Origin: Squalus acanthias
Lineage: Eukaryota
NCBI GenBank assembly: GCA_030390025.1
Contig: CM059425.1
Coordinates: 28,024,001-28,088,000 of the forward strand
DNA length: 64,000 nt
Direction: 5' to 3'
The notes beneath the pieces are model-generated. The model was not told the DNA's origin and searched no databases. It saw nothing but the letters and a program-made list of their open reading frames with translations. Below are positions 24,728 to 38,593 of this stretch, in pieces. Every line of letters starts with the position of its first letter. Within the stretch, counting starts at the first letter, position 1. The translations under genes were made by a program, and so were the position numbers.

Positions 24728-27700
24728 AGTGTTTCATTGATGAACACAATGATTGAGACTGTGACCAGCTATATCCTTGAGTTGAAAGGATAGTGTTCAC
24801 CCACAGCACCATCCTTAATATTTTTTTCAATTTTCAAATGTCGATGGATGCCTTTCGAATGAACTGGCTATTTGGATAAAATTCCTATTAGGAGCAGCAA
24901 TTTGTAAATGGGCCTGTTCTCCTTTTGGGTTTTGCACAACTCATTAGAATAGTACATAAGGAATTACTAGGCAAATCTCGCAGCAGTTGGTTAGTTACAC
25001 CAGAGGCTCAGAAGATACCTGGCAGGGGTGGGCTGGGGGGACAGTGTAGGAGGCATCGTTTAAAGCTGCACCAGCTGGTAGCATGGATCAAAAAGGAACC
25101 AAGAAGAACAGAGCCTCAAACTTCTCGGAGAGTGACGTAAATATTCACCGAGCTGAAATTTGGCATGGGTGGTGGGGGGGGGGGGCGGGGGACTAGTGTG
25201 AGTGGGTGGCAAGAGACCTGCCAATCTAGCAGTCAGAAACATGCGGAAAGAAATGGCACAGGTAGCCAGTGATGATTCTTTAAACGCCAGGACCCCTCTC
25301 CAATGTAGAACAGGATTTAATGAACCCACAAGGTCAACAAGGTCAGTGTTATGGACGGATTAATGTATAGTTTGTACATTTTAGAGAGTTGACCTATAAT
25401 CATCCTAAAGTGCATTAATAAATCTAAAGGTTCCTGTGTACTTAATGATCTGTGGTGACACTTGCACATGGAAGACTCAATCGTTTTACACTATTGCCAA
25501 AAGTTAAAATTACCCCCAAGATTTCTATTCCATTACAAACCTTTAGGCTCACAGTGGAATAGTAACATGCAAGACTCTGATATGGTTAAGCAAATTTTAA
25601 TGTTTCTTAGCTTGCAATTTATGCAACAGCTGTTAGACTGTCAGACCACAGCTTTCATTCCAAAATCGCTCCTGAAAACAAACAAACTTTTCCTTTAATA
25701 AGTTTAGCATTTTGCCTAATAATTACCGTAGCCACGTGTGTTGTGAAGGCCATTATTGTGTAGGAGAATGACAGGTAGGCTTACCCTTCTAGTATCGATC
25801 AGAAATCACATCTCAATAACTCTGTACAAGAGACAGCAAAGTCTTGTGTTTCAGATTTATTCTGAAAGCTACCAAAGGGATCCTCAGGAAAAGTCGGAAT
25901 GTTACCCAGGAAAAAATACAGCAAAAATAAAATTAGCAAATCACGCACAGAGGTTGTGAATCTGCTTCCCCTCAACCTCCTGCCATAATAACACAGGTCT
26001 GAGAGGACAGACATTATTTTTCTGTGACATAAGTCTGGATATAAATATATGCTGCTGAGAATATTGTTCATAATTGTCAAAATGAGCTAAAACAGGTCAT
26101 TTTTATACTTCGAAATTTTTTGAGGAGCAGATCAAATTGTTGTAAATAGAAAATTTGTACCAGTGTTAGTTTGATCACTGCTGGCTTCTGCAATTCCCAT
26201 GCTGATACCTAATTGATTGGCATCATTTCACATTGCTACCAAAGAGTTATGACCATCATTAATTAGAGTCCACCTCCGCCCCCCCCTCAAACAAGGTTTG
26301 TTAGCTAATAGGCAGCAACATTTTACCATCAAAGGAAGCTTTAATGAAAGTGACATCAATACCTATTCAACCCTAGTGATCTAAAGACCTGATGACCTAT
26401 TTATTTACTTAGAAGACAAAACATATCAAATTACTTTGAAGCTGCCAGCTGTTAATGTAAAAAAAAATTGGTAGACAACTGCAGATTCCATTTGCAGAAT
26501 ATCCAACTCATTCAGTTAACCAGGCTTAAAGCGATGCATTTAATCTAAAACAGAATAGAAACAGGTAAGATGTACAACATTTTCTTGAAATCTCTGAAAA
26601 ATGTAAATTGCGAGAATTGCAATAGTCATGCACAAGATTGGTCACATGTGAAAACATAAGATCTAACCAAAAAAACAAATCAGAAAGCGCAGTGCGTTGG
26701 GTAAATGACCAACTCATCCCTTACCATTTGCTGGAGTCAGTAAGTAGGCAAGGGTTTCACTTAGTAACGCAACAACTATTGAATAAAGAAAGGCCATTCA
26801 AGTGCATTCCCTGCCTGTAAAATTTGTACTCTAATAGACTCTTTCCAACTTATTTCATATACCAACGGAGGTGGATAGTCACTGTGTTTACTATTGATGC
26901 TTCAAGGTCAATTCAAAACAGACGTAACATTCTCGATCAACCAATGTAGAAGTATGTTTGCTACTGTAATACAGGTACACCTGGCAAATGAGCTGGTGCT
27001 GGAACAGCACTAAGTGAACACTGAACAGAAGACTGTACAGAACCACCAACAATACAGGAACTAGACACAGCAGCCAACTTTACAGCTATTGGCAAGGTTG
27101 TACTGTCATCACACTCGCTCTAAAACTACCTGAAATTCAGCACAAAATTTGAGTTGAGGTGAAAGCATTTACAGTATTTCCAATTGGTCGGCGAAGCAGC
27201 CACTTCCCAGACAAGACATAAAAAAGTCATCTTCTCCTCTCATTACTTTGTGTTTTAGCAACTTCAGCACAAAATCTCAACTATTCCAATGTTATATTTT
27301 CCTTTGTTATCTTGTCCCATTTATTCTTTGCTGAGGTAATACCAGCCACCGCACAAATTTTTAAAACTGCTTTTCTCTGTGCAAGTGTAAACCAATTAGG
27401 GAATTGCACCAGTATAAATGATCTTTGAGTCAAAGTGAAATTTTTTCCTATACTTAAGTGACTGTATTCTTCTTAATTCAGCTTTCTCCACACACTGCAG
27501 GGGCTACCCCTTGTCCAATTGATCTTTGGGAGCCACATGCTTGACATTGCAGAAAGTGATGACATGAGCCCACTTGTCAAGACATCCTTGCCTATTCCTA
27601 CCTAGCAGGCCTAATTGGCAGCACATTTCCCCCCAGCTCCAGTATCGAGTCCTCACTACCTGATGCTGTTTACATTGCTTCAGGTTGCTGACCTTGCTAC

Positions 27701-28955
27701 AAGATTTTCTCCAGAGATTATCATCAAGCTCATTTGTTCGCTTTACAATTATTTTTGAAAGAGCATCTCATCATATAAAAATACTTCAGTAAGGTGTGAG
27801 ACTGTCACCCTCTACAAGGAAAGGAAAGGTGCAGTCTGTTAAGGGATAAAGAGCAAGTTGTCTATCACAACAGTATGCACTCTTATCCAAATCTTCAAAC
27901 ATGATAAATGCCTGTTGCTGCAATGAAAATCCCTCAGTGATCTCCCGAAATTCGAACCAGCAGTAGGGCTGTTTGTGGAGGCCTGACAGGCACCGGCAGC
28001 TCACCCATATTATTTGGGTAAGGCCCGAGGCCCAATTTCAGGCCTGCCTCAGGTTTCCTGGTTTGGGCGGCATTGCAGCCACATCTATGTCTCTGTGCCC
28101 GAAGTCGGCCACCGATGATTTTCCACCCTGTGGAATATATTTTTGTTAAACAGGTAACTCTGTCCTATTAGAATTAGACAGAAAATTCTTTATTTCTTTC
28201 GTTTAGAAATAATTTATGATCACATTTAATCCAGAACTTTGAATAGCATTTCCACAATAAACTTTCATGGCTGGAATTAACTATTTCAGGCAGTCACCAG
28301 AGCAGCTCAGTATATTCTGGACTGAATCCGTTCAAAACTCTACTCCTATTTGAATTAACTTGCATATACTGGTATAAAAAAAGGGTGCATTTTGGAGCTG
28401 GAGATCTTCTAAATCAATAAACAGCTCTTGCCGTCTGAATAAATAAATTGGTGCGGCGCTCTTCACTTAAGGCTTCATGGGAGAACCGTTTTTGTGCTTA
28501 ACAAATCTGGCATGCAAAACTGTTGCACTGCATTAATGACTGAAGGACTTTTTTAACACAGGAAATGTATAATATATTAAGACACATAATTCTAGGTGTA
28601 CAGTACCGTGGAATCATTAAAAATTAATCAAACTATTTTTAGATTATAAATATCTTACTCGAGGGAGCTGGTTCTCAGAGAAACGTTGCTTGTGTAGCAT
28701 TTTATGTTTAGTTGAGGGATTTCTTTTAATTGATTGATAATTATAAGATCATAAATAATTCTGTATCTCGCTGTCAAATCATGAGTAGTAAGCTGTGGGA
28801 TTTTATCAATTTAGTTGGCCATTTAATGATTAGCTGAAACTTTATTAACAGTGTAATCAATGAACACTAATTCATAACGATTATGGAAAGTGATGCTACC
28901 GATTCTTCATCAGAAACCAAAAGGTGCCTTGTTAAAACGAACGGGTCATATTTCT

Positions 28956-30715
28956 ACAATAGCAAAATACTGCGGATGCTGGAAAACTGAAATAACAACA
29001 GAAAGCGCTGGAAAAACTCAGCAGGCCAGGCAACATCCGTGGAGAGAGAAACAGAGTTAACGTTTCAGGTCGAAGACCCTTCGTCAGAACTGAGAAAAAA
29101 GCAGGAAATGAAACAGATTAAAAAGCAAGTTGGAGGCTGGGGGAGGGAATGAAAGAACAAAAGGGGAGGTCTGTGAGAAGTAGAGACATTAAGAGATGCT
29201 TAAGGTGAGACGAGATGGTAATAGGACAGGTTAAGAAACAAAAGATGGCTCGGAAGTGTGAAATGCGCTGGCAGAATGAAAGACAGCTGCCATGGGGGAG
29301 AGAAAAAAAAAGGGAAAAGGCACAAACCAAAAGTTTGGATAAAAAAAAAATATATATATATGGTAGGGGCCGAGGTTATGATCTGAAATTGTTGAACTCG
29401 ATATTGAGTCCGGAAGGCTGTAAAGTGCCTAATCGGAAGATGAGGTGCTGTTCCTCGAGCTTACACTGAGCTTCCGTGGAACAATGCAAGAGGCCGAGGA
29501 CAGTGAGGTCTGAGTGGGCGTGGAGTGGCGAATTAAAATGACAAGCGACCGGAAGCTCGGGGTCACCCTTATGGACTGAACGGAGGTGTTCCGCAAAGAG
29601 GTCACCCAATCTGCGTTTGGTCTCCCCAATGTAGAGGAGACCACATCGTGAGCAGCGAATACAGTATACTAGATTGCAAGAAGTACAAGTAAATCGCTGT
29701 TTCACCTGGAAGGGGTGTTTGGGGCCCTGGAGAGTGGGAAGGGGGGATGTATAAGGGCAGGTGTTGCATCTCCTGCGCTTGCACGGGAAGGTGCCGGGCG
29801 AGGGGGAAGGGGTGCTGGGGGTGATGGAGGAGTGGATTAGGGTGTCTCGGAGGGAGCGGTCCCTATGGAATGCTGAAAGGGGAGGTGAGAGGAAGATGCG
29901 TTTGGTGGTGGGATCACGTTAGAGGTGGCGGAAATGGCGGAGGATGATCCGTTGAATGTGGAGGCTGATGGGGTGAAAGGTGAGGACAAGGGGAACTCTA
30001 TCGTGGTTCCGGGAGGGAGGGGCCGGGGTGAGGGCAGAAGTGCGGGAGATAGAACGGACACGGTCGAGGGCCGTGTCAACCACAGTAGAGGGGAATCCTC
30101 GGTTGAGGAAAAAGGAAGACATGTCGGAAGCACTGGTATGGAAGGTGGCATCGTCAGAGCAGATGCGGCAGAGACAGAGAAACTGGGAGAAGGGAATAGA
30201 GTCCTTACAGGAGGCGGGGTTGGAGGAAGTGTAGTCCAGGTAGCTGTGGGAGTCAGTGGGCTTGTAGTGAATGTTGGTCAATAACCTATCCCCCAGAGAT
30301 GGAGACGGAGAAGTCGAGGAAGGGAAGGGAAGAGTCGAAGATGGACCATGTGAAGGTGAGGGAAGGGTGGAAAGTGGAGGCAAAGTGAATGAAATTGTCT
30401 AGTTCAGGGCGAGAGCAGGAAACGGCACCGATACAGTCATCAATGTACCGGAAAAAGAGGTGAGGGGACCCGAGTAGGACTGGAACAAAGAGTGTTCCAC
30501 ATATCCCACGAAAAGGCAGGCATAGCTAGGACCCATGCGGGTACCCATAGCAACACCTTTGATTTGGAGGAAATGAGTGGAGTCAAAGGAGAAGTTGTTC
30601 AACGTGAGAACAAGTTCAGCCAGGCGGAGGAGGGTGCTGGTGGATGGGGACTGGTTGGGCCTCTGTTCAAAGAAGAGGCGGAGCGCCCTCAGGTCATCCT
30701 GGTGGGGGATGGAGG
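28956..30715 (-). mobile_element. Penelope-like element (RT C-terminus, GIY-YIG endonuclease, terminal repeat), 5'-truncated
   Basis: FLQIKGVAMGTRMGPSYACLF; HYKPTD; LVYCIRCSRCGLLYIGETKRRL...EH. Confidence 0.93.
29055..29091 (-). ncRNA. Minimal hammerhead ribozyme motif in the Penelope terminal repeat
   Basis: aguu-CUGACGA-a-GGGUC-uuc-GACCU-GAA-ACGU-U-aacu. Confidence 0.72.
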
Positions 30716-31239
30716 TATTTCTGCTTGTGTGAAAAAACTATTTGCTGTGTGTCCTTTGACAGGCGAGACACAAGGGCAGCTTTTACAGGTGTGACCTTGC
30801 AATGCAGAGCCTCTTCCATTGGGAGTAAATATTGGGGAATCCTAGGCATGCTGCTCATGAATTTCATGTCCGGGAGTGCTATTTTGTAAAAGCAGCCCGA
30901 TAAGCATGGTAGACACATGGAACATCTTTTGTGATGGACTTTAAGTCAAGCACTTGACTAAGACATTTCTGCAGTTTTTGATGCAGAACTGTAGTGAAAA
31001 AGATGAGTTAAGTGAATGTGTGATAGTTCCTCAAACACTTAGACTAATCTTAACAGTTAATTAAACAGTGCTCAACATTCAGTTCCCAAAAGTGGTGGAA
31101 ACCCTCCTTTTAACACTGCAAACTTGATCCTTTCCCAAAAACATATCAAATGCATGTGATTAATAAGTACTGACAATTAACATTTCTTTTCTGTTTTGTT
31201 TTTCCTTACATTTAACCATCCTTCCCTCACTGGAATCAG

Positions 31240-31339
31240 GAAGCCCATGCGGAAAGAAGAGAATGGGACAAGTCGAGCTGAATATGCAATGACCTCCCAA
31301 AACAACAAAATGCCGGACACAAATAGTTCAATCATTTAA
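31240..31339 (+). CDS. PRIMA1: PRIMA1 last coding exon (cytoplasmic tail)
   Basis: Acceptor CAG ends at 31239 and the phase matches the previous exon (AG|G = Arg). Encodes KPMRKEENGTSRAEYAMTSQNNKMPDTNSSII, stop TAA at 31337-31339; mammalian PRiMA as recalled reads KPLRKDENGTSVAEYPM... Confidence 0.93.
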
Positions 31340-32290
31340 CTTTTTTTTTAAACTACCACAAAGTTGTTTCAAGACAGGGGAGTGTTTAGTTCAAAATACA
31401 CACAATGTGCTGTGTGCAAAGGTTGAAAAGGTGTTCTGAGGATAAGGACCTCATTTCAAACAAAAAAGGGAACACATCAGTTATTCAGAGCAGAGAAGCA
31501 GACTGCCCTTCAGCCCAGTTGACTGTGAGGTGGAGGATAAGCCTGCCAATCAAACTAAGTAAAAGACAAGACCTCACAAAGGCATAATCGCTGCTTGCAG
31601 TCTCCATTGAAAGCAACAACTTCAAGATGCCTCAGCACCTGGGTGAATCTCAACTAGTTCTCACGAACAATCCATAAACTCTTGCCAAAATAAATGCAAT
31701 CTACTAAAATGGTTTTAACTTCTTGTATTCAGTTGCAACCAGAAGTGGGAATGTTGAAGCCTTTACCTGCATGACCCAGTGTCTTCAGAATAAAACAGGT
31801 TACAATGAAAGGGAGAAGATCGCTTCCATAAAACCAATGAACCAACAAAGAGCATGGCCGTCTATCACACAAAGCGCATTTGTAGTCTGATTGACTATGC
31901 AATTTCCTTTATCTGAAGAGATCTCATCGAAATGTACTAATTCTTTCAGAAAACATAGCCAGTCAAGTTTTGTGAATGACTTTTAAAACAGGTGCTTTTT
32001 AATCTTCATTGGCATATCATCGTCTGATTTGATTGGTAAAGCCTTTTCTACACTGGCAGGTTTTATCCCAAGTTGGTTTAGCATTATTTTAAATCACAAT
32101 AAAGAGTGCTGTTAATAGTCACAAACATGGTAAAATATTACGCTTTTTTCTCAAGACCAAATCAAGTGGTTTATACTTCAAGTGAAGTTAGAAACATTTA
32201 TTTTCTATATTAAACATGTACTGTATAATGATTTGCAGAACTTTTGAACATAATGTTTTGTAATAAACATTGGCAATATTCATTGGTAGT
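31340..32290 (+). other. PRIMA1: Probable PRIMA1 3' UTR (minimum extent) with candidate polyadenylation signals
   Basis: AT-rich sequence with no recognisable repeat after the stop. AATAAA at 31689, 31789, 32098 and 32262. True end unknown. Confidence 0.5.
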
Positions 32291-33371
32291 AGAACAGGTT
32301 CAATAGGGTTAGTCAGGATGGCAGATTTCTCATCACTTCCTTAAACCCTTGTATTATTTAAGTTGATGTTTTTCATTTTCTGGATTTTTGCTTATATAAA
32401 TCTTATTAATATATTTTTCTTTGAACTTTAAAGATTTACTTCCAATTTCCAAAGTAAACTTTCTTCTACTTTTTAATCTAAATGTATGTTTTGCAAATGA
32501 ACTGTTTTAGGTTCAGTAGAGTTCTTTTTCTGACAGATGAAGGAAATTTGAAAGATTCGTACATGTTGCTTCCAAAACTGAAATTAATTGACTTCAAAAG
32601 CAAATGTAGCCCAGTGTAAAAAAGGCTTTAGTTTACTCAAGATACGACTAAATATATCTCTGACTTTGTAGCATTTTGTAATACTGAAGCCACATTCCAG
32701 ATGCTTTCTACTTTAATGAACAACCAATAATTATGTTCTGTGGTAACTGCTGATAGTATTCAATAATGGGTTAAATTACCTAAATCTTAGCCAGAACGTC
32801 AGAGTTATTCCTTTTATGTTCATGATTCATACACATCGTACATTTCCATTTGTTACATATTCAAGTTGACCGCATGCAAAAGTGAGAATGTATATAGACT
32901 GAATGTAGAAATGATCAGCATGGCACAGGCTCAGGACCAGCTCCCTCTGATTGCATTCTTCCAAACTGTCCTCAAAGCTTTTACAAGCAGGTAGGTGTAA
33001 CATGACAGGGTCAGAAATTTTATAATCTAGTCATATCATTCGCACATATCTGTTCTTGTAAATTCCTCAACAGCGAAGCAACTTTGTGCAGATTATTCGA
33101 CAAGTATTGCTTGCATCAACACTTACTAGCCAACAAGTGTACTTTCTTTCAGATGATAACCAAGGAGTCAAAAATTGTTTTTTGATGCCTTGTGGCCATG
33201 ATTGAAGTCCATGTATAGAATTAAACACAGAGCAAAATTTGTGAACAGTGTCAATATTCCTCCTAGCACCTACATCCTTTTAACATCCATGCTAGGCATC
33301 ACCTAACCTCTACTCAATCTTTCCGACAGATAATTTAATTGATCCTGCACTCAGAGGAAGTGTGGGTCACA

Positions 33372-33808
33372 GTTATGATACTTGGAGGATGTGCAGTGAT
33401 AATGGAAATATCTCCGACCTCTTGAGAATGCCATTTTATATCGTCCAGCACCCTTCTGGAGATATCCTAGGCAACACTGGCCCTAATTTCCTACCTTTTG
33501 TGGTAGCTCAGCACTGGAAGTGCAGGATTGTTGAATTCACTCTCTACTCTATGCAGACTTGAAAGGGATCCTTCAACCAGGTTTTTCAATTTAAGAAAAA
33601 TGCTCCAATTCTGCTCTCATTCATTATGGAAGGACTTTCCTAATCAGTGCAGTAGTAATTAGATGTAACTAGAATTTGACAAGGAGAAAAAATCCTATTG
33701 GCTGGTTGCCCAGGATATCTCCAGAAGGCTGCTGGACAATATAAAATGGCATTCTCAAGAGGTCTGAGATACTTCCATTATCACTGCACATCCTCCAAGT
33801 ACCATAAC
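33372..33808. repeat. Long inverted repeat, 104-bp arms (33372-33475 and 33705-33808)
   Basis: Arms are reverse complements with few mismatches; 229-bp spacer. Confidence 0.9.
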
Positions 33809-33823
33809 ATTCTATTAAACATT

Positions 33824-34494
33824 GGGCCATAATTTGTGTCAAAATAACGGTGAGGCTAATGACACTCACGATTATTTATGCGCAAATGCTACAGCAACTT
33901 CAGGCGAGGGACAGATGTGCGGTTAAACTCAAATATCCAAAAGTTGCTGTCCAAGTTACGCCACTTCACCATTAGTTTTGTGAAAACAATGTCTCACTGC
34001 ATTGATTGAAGTGAAGTTGCTGTATTTGCACGGTAGATATGAACTAAACTTGACACAGAAAGTTAAGTCTTGTCCATTTCAAGTTACAAGTGTAGAATCT
34101 CATTCCTTCAGGGTTTAATCGTTGGAGATTTTAAAAATGTAATTTTTTAAATATATATTTCTTTTCATTTGTCTTTTTTTTCTCTCTCTCAATCCAATCT
34201 TTCTTTCCCTCTCTTTATTTCTCTTTCTGTACCTGATTTGACATTGAATTCACCCAATCTACTTTACACTTCCTTCTCAGTCCTTGCACTGTTAATTTCA
34301 CAATCCTTCAATCTGATTGGTTATGGGGATACACAGTTGCTTACCCTGTTCACTCAGGTCCCAGATGCCCGGTTTCCCCCGCTGCGACGTTATCAGCTCA
34401 CACTTCCAACAAGTTGCCACGGAAAAAACCTGCAAGGGCAAATCTAACTAACGGCAGTCACCGTTAGATGCCCTGCCACAGCAAATTATGGCCC
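33824..34494. mobile_element. Harbinger-type MITE
   Basis: Perfect 13-bp TIR GGGCCATAATTTG / CAAATTATGGCCC and perfect 3-bp TSD ATT. Interior is related, in inverted orientation, to 48662-49470. Confidence 0.9.
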
Positions 34495-35882
34495 ATTTAT
34501 TTTTTTGAATTTACAGCAACTAATATAGCTGCATGTGTGACTACATCTTTGGGTTGTGGATGTTCAGAACAATAGAAATTCAATCAAAAATCTCTGTGGG
34601 GTAACATTTGAGCATTTTCCCTTTCCAAGAAATGAAAATACATTTGTTTCAGTGGCCTGGATTACTTGTCCTTGAATGTGGTTGAATTATGGTTTAAAAG
34701 TTCAAAAGGCAATTTCTAAAAGGAGGAAGATCATAATATTAGTTACAATTAATACTAGCAATTATTCAACTATCACTGATACGGCTCAAGATAGGTAATT
34801 TTGGGGAAGGTTAGGAATATTGCAAGTCCACTGCATACCAGACCTTGAAATATAACCAATTCCAATTTTGCAATTGTTTTCATGGTACTGAATTGCTATG
34901 ATGAGCAGAAAACAATAGCAGTACACAACTCTTCAGTGTGTGACGGATTTCTCCCAGTTGCTTGTATACTTATCTAGAGTGCACACTTGAGAGTACGTGA
35001 GGCAGTGCAAAGGCACATCATAAGGGTGCTCCAGTACACTTCACAAGGAGTAATTGCACACAGGCTCATCCCTGTGATTCTTCATACATCAATTTCTAAT
35101 ATTAGGTTTGCTGCCAGAGAAAGATGTCAAGGAGAAGACAAACCCCTCTCTAAATATGAGAAGAGGTAAATGGGAGGGTGATTTGCTGCGGACCATTCTC
35201 ACAAACCTCCTAAAGGCCAACCCTATGCTGGTATTGGCAGAGGCCCAACACAGCTTAGCTGCACACCCACTCAGTTCCATGACATAAAAGGAAAAATGGA
35301 TGAATAGAAGTTATAACAAAACTTTTATTTATAAAATGGCTAGACTAATACAGTAGTTAATGTGGTGTTAGACTGAGATTAATAATTAACAGTTGGCTTT
35401 TACAGATCTAAGAATGGGCAAATTAAACTTTGTGCATTCTATGGGCTACAATACCATATGCTTCATTTTTTTCCCCTCCCTTTCCCTTTTTATTAGGCCT
35501 CCCTTCACCAAGAGGGCAGCTTCCTAACCTGTTCTGAGGCTTCTGCCAGTGCCATTGCTGTGGCTGACCACAGGAGGTTGGTGAGGATGGCCTAGTGTGA
35601 TTATCCTTCAGATTTCCTCTCTCTTTCCACAGCGAAGTACCTGAGCTGTTACACAGTGCTTCTCTAAAACAGCACAGTTGAGACTGAAAGTTGACCATGC
35701 AAGGAATCATGAGTGTAAACCCATGTTCTACCACTCTTATGGGATAGAGTTTTCCACAGTGCTTCAACATGCTACCCCATGAAATCAACCAACTGTACAA
35801 AATTGCCTTAGCATTACCATCCCCTTAAGAAAAGAGCTTCCTTAGAATTTAATGGGGACAATTTTAGGCTCACTGTAATAGT

Positions 35883-36432
35883 GGGCTGAATCTTGACAGG
35901 GGCGGGCTGTGTAGGCGGAGTGGTGGAGTTTCTGTCGGGAAACCCGGAAGTTCAGGTTTCTCTGCATGCTGTGGAGTTTTGACTCCACAGTGTGCGTAGA
36001 TTTGCTCTTTGACAGGTTCCCCGCCCGGAAGTCAGCCTGATTGATAGGCTTGGCTTCCAGTTGGGCGGGGAGCAGGCCGCAACCCCAGGTAGGAAGCCTG
36101 CTGCTGCTAGTGGGGGGGTGGAGGGTGGGGGTGCGGAGGGAAGAGTACGATCCCCGGCCCCAGGGGGAAGCACTTACCTTCTCTCCGCAGCTGTCCTTGC
36201 CACACATCAGCTGCCGGGTTTCCCAAGGCCTGGGAAACCTGCGAAGCAGGTTAAATCAGAGGCTGCCAGCCTCAGTAAAATATTTAATTGGCCAACCCGC
36301 CTCCTGGGAGCCGATTGGCTGCCCGCCCATTTCCCGCCTCCGTTAAACCGGTCGGGTCGAGTTTGAGATTTTTAAAGTTTTAACATCTCACCCAACCCCA
36401 ACCCACCCGTTTTTGGGGTTAAGTTTCAGCCT
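35883..36432. mobile_element. Harbinger-type MITE
   Basis: TIRs GGGCTGAATCTT / AAGTTTCAGCCT; flanks agt/att; GC-rich. Confidence 0.75.
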
Positions 36433-36553
36433 ATTGAGCTATAACAAGTTAATCAAAGCTCTAATGTCCTTTCCTCCATAGCTACTTACAGCTATACATT
36501 ATGATACATATTTACTATTGGAACAAAAGTGTAAATTGACATTTGTATGGAAA

Positions 36554-36753
36554 GAGGTAGATTTGTATCTTTACTGCGTTAAACATCACCTGGGTGGAGC
36601 ACAGGAAGGAAAGTCTGGCGGGGAGGATCACATGCACCTTACAGAACCGACTGGATATTTCTCCAATTACCAGCGTACAAGCCTCCCCGCCAGATTTTCC
36701 TTTCTGTGCTCCACTCAAGTGATGCCCAGGCGGTAAAGATGAAAATCTACTCC
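36554..36753. mobile_element. 200-bp fold-back MITE with arms of about 72 bp
   Basis: 36554-36626 pairs with 36682-36753; termini gaggtagattt / aaaatctactcc. Confidence 0.8.
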
Positions 36754-38593
36754 ATAGTCTTAAGATATGAGAAAGAAAGAGCCTGAATTTATATAACACC
36801 TTTTCGCATCCTCAGGACATCCCAAAGCACTTTACATCCAATAAGGAGATGAAGATTTTCGTTGTCTTAAATGGTATAAACAAGATAATATCTAGTTGTT
36901 CCTTATTGGTAGCTTCAACACTGACAAGTTTCGTTAAATCAGAAAATCACTGGTTCTGCACACTGCTGCATCACACATATAGCTGCTGTTTTATTCAACA
37001 CACTCAGTAATATTCTATCCACTGGCAACATTTGGCACTTTTTATTTGTTTCGAATTGACACGTTTCACCTCCAGTCCACACAAGTAATTGTGTACAATT
37101 TTCACACAAAAATACATTGAAATATTGTGATAAGTGAGAGAAACAAACTAAAATAATGACCGAACTTCATTCCTGTAATACAGGTCGTTTCAGAAGGAAA
37201 CCTGCAGTTTATTTTTATGATCGTTTTCTCACCCACATCAACACTATTGTCCCAGGTGCCAGGGTGCTTCAGTCACAGTTGTTTTCTTTGAATGCCATTA
37301 ACAAATCGGGATGAAAGCTTGGCAGACACTGGACTCTCGTTTTTTTTAAAAATCAAATGAATACATTTCAAAGTCTCACATAGCCTTTTAACAAAAATCT
37401 CTATAGTTTAATGTGACTTGCTGAATCTGCTTTGAATTTATATCAGCTTTGGGAACCCCCACCCTCCACAGTCCATTTTTAACATTTGGATTATTGGAGT
37501 TCTTTGCTTTCCTACCTGCATTTGAAAGCATTTTGCTAACCATGAACTTCTGTGAAAGAACAATTTAGGGAACAAAGTAGGCCAGCATCTGAAATAGGAA
37601 GTTCCCTGTCAAGTACATAATGAGATTACTACAGGCGCATTGCTTTTGAAGTCAAATCCCACATCTGAAAAGGTAGATTAAAGAAGGGATTGTCACTGAA
37701 TTGCTATGAAGTACAAAGGTGATGCTTTGCATAAGAATAATTTACCCATGATGAAAAGGCTAGAGGAGAATAAAAGCAGCATAATGGACCAAGGTGGACT
37801 GCAGCAGCATTTTCATTGTAATGTTATTTTAAATATCATGATGTGGATATTTTAAATATGACTGTTTTCATTTGCCAGGCCTTAAAACAGCCAGCTCAAG
37901 TACACGTGAGTTACTGGATACAGCTGTTCTTTTTAGCAATAAATATCCAATGTTAGCTGCTACATACATAATCACCTATGTTGGCAGAATTTGCAAGAGC
38001 AGATTTATCTAATAAAATATGGTTACATTAGCTCTGTGACATATAAACTTAAAATATACCCAACATCTGTGCATTTGAAATTGTAATCGAAAATGTATTT
38101 CAGATACAACCAATAGTGAGAACTAATGCATGAATGTAAATATTTAAGATTCAAAAATTTGCCTTCAGTACATTTACTAAGTGTACAGAAGAAATATCTT
38201 TATAGAAAATGAACTTTGGTGGAAAAGTTAAATTATAATTAGAGATTGAATTTATTGTTGTCATCTTTTCAGAACAAGCCTTTAATGTACATTTTAGTGA
38301 CTATAGGTTGTTGCACAATACGCTTTTTCGACGCTGACCCAATATGCTAAACATGTATTGTACATCAGTCTATTTATAATGCACCCTACTGATTTTTTTT
38401 TATTTTCAATAAAATGTAAAATTGAAGACTGTAAAAGTGTTTTTTTTAAGCATTTGTATGTTCTTTTGCAGCAGATTCTTTGACTTTCTTGATTAACAAG
38501 CAAATATATTATCGAACGACTTATAGTACAGTACTACAACATGAGCTCTGTTCAATACATGCTGAAAGATTATAAAATGACAATGATAAATTA

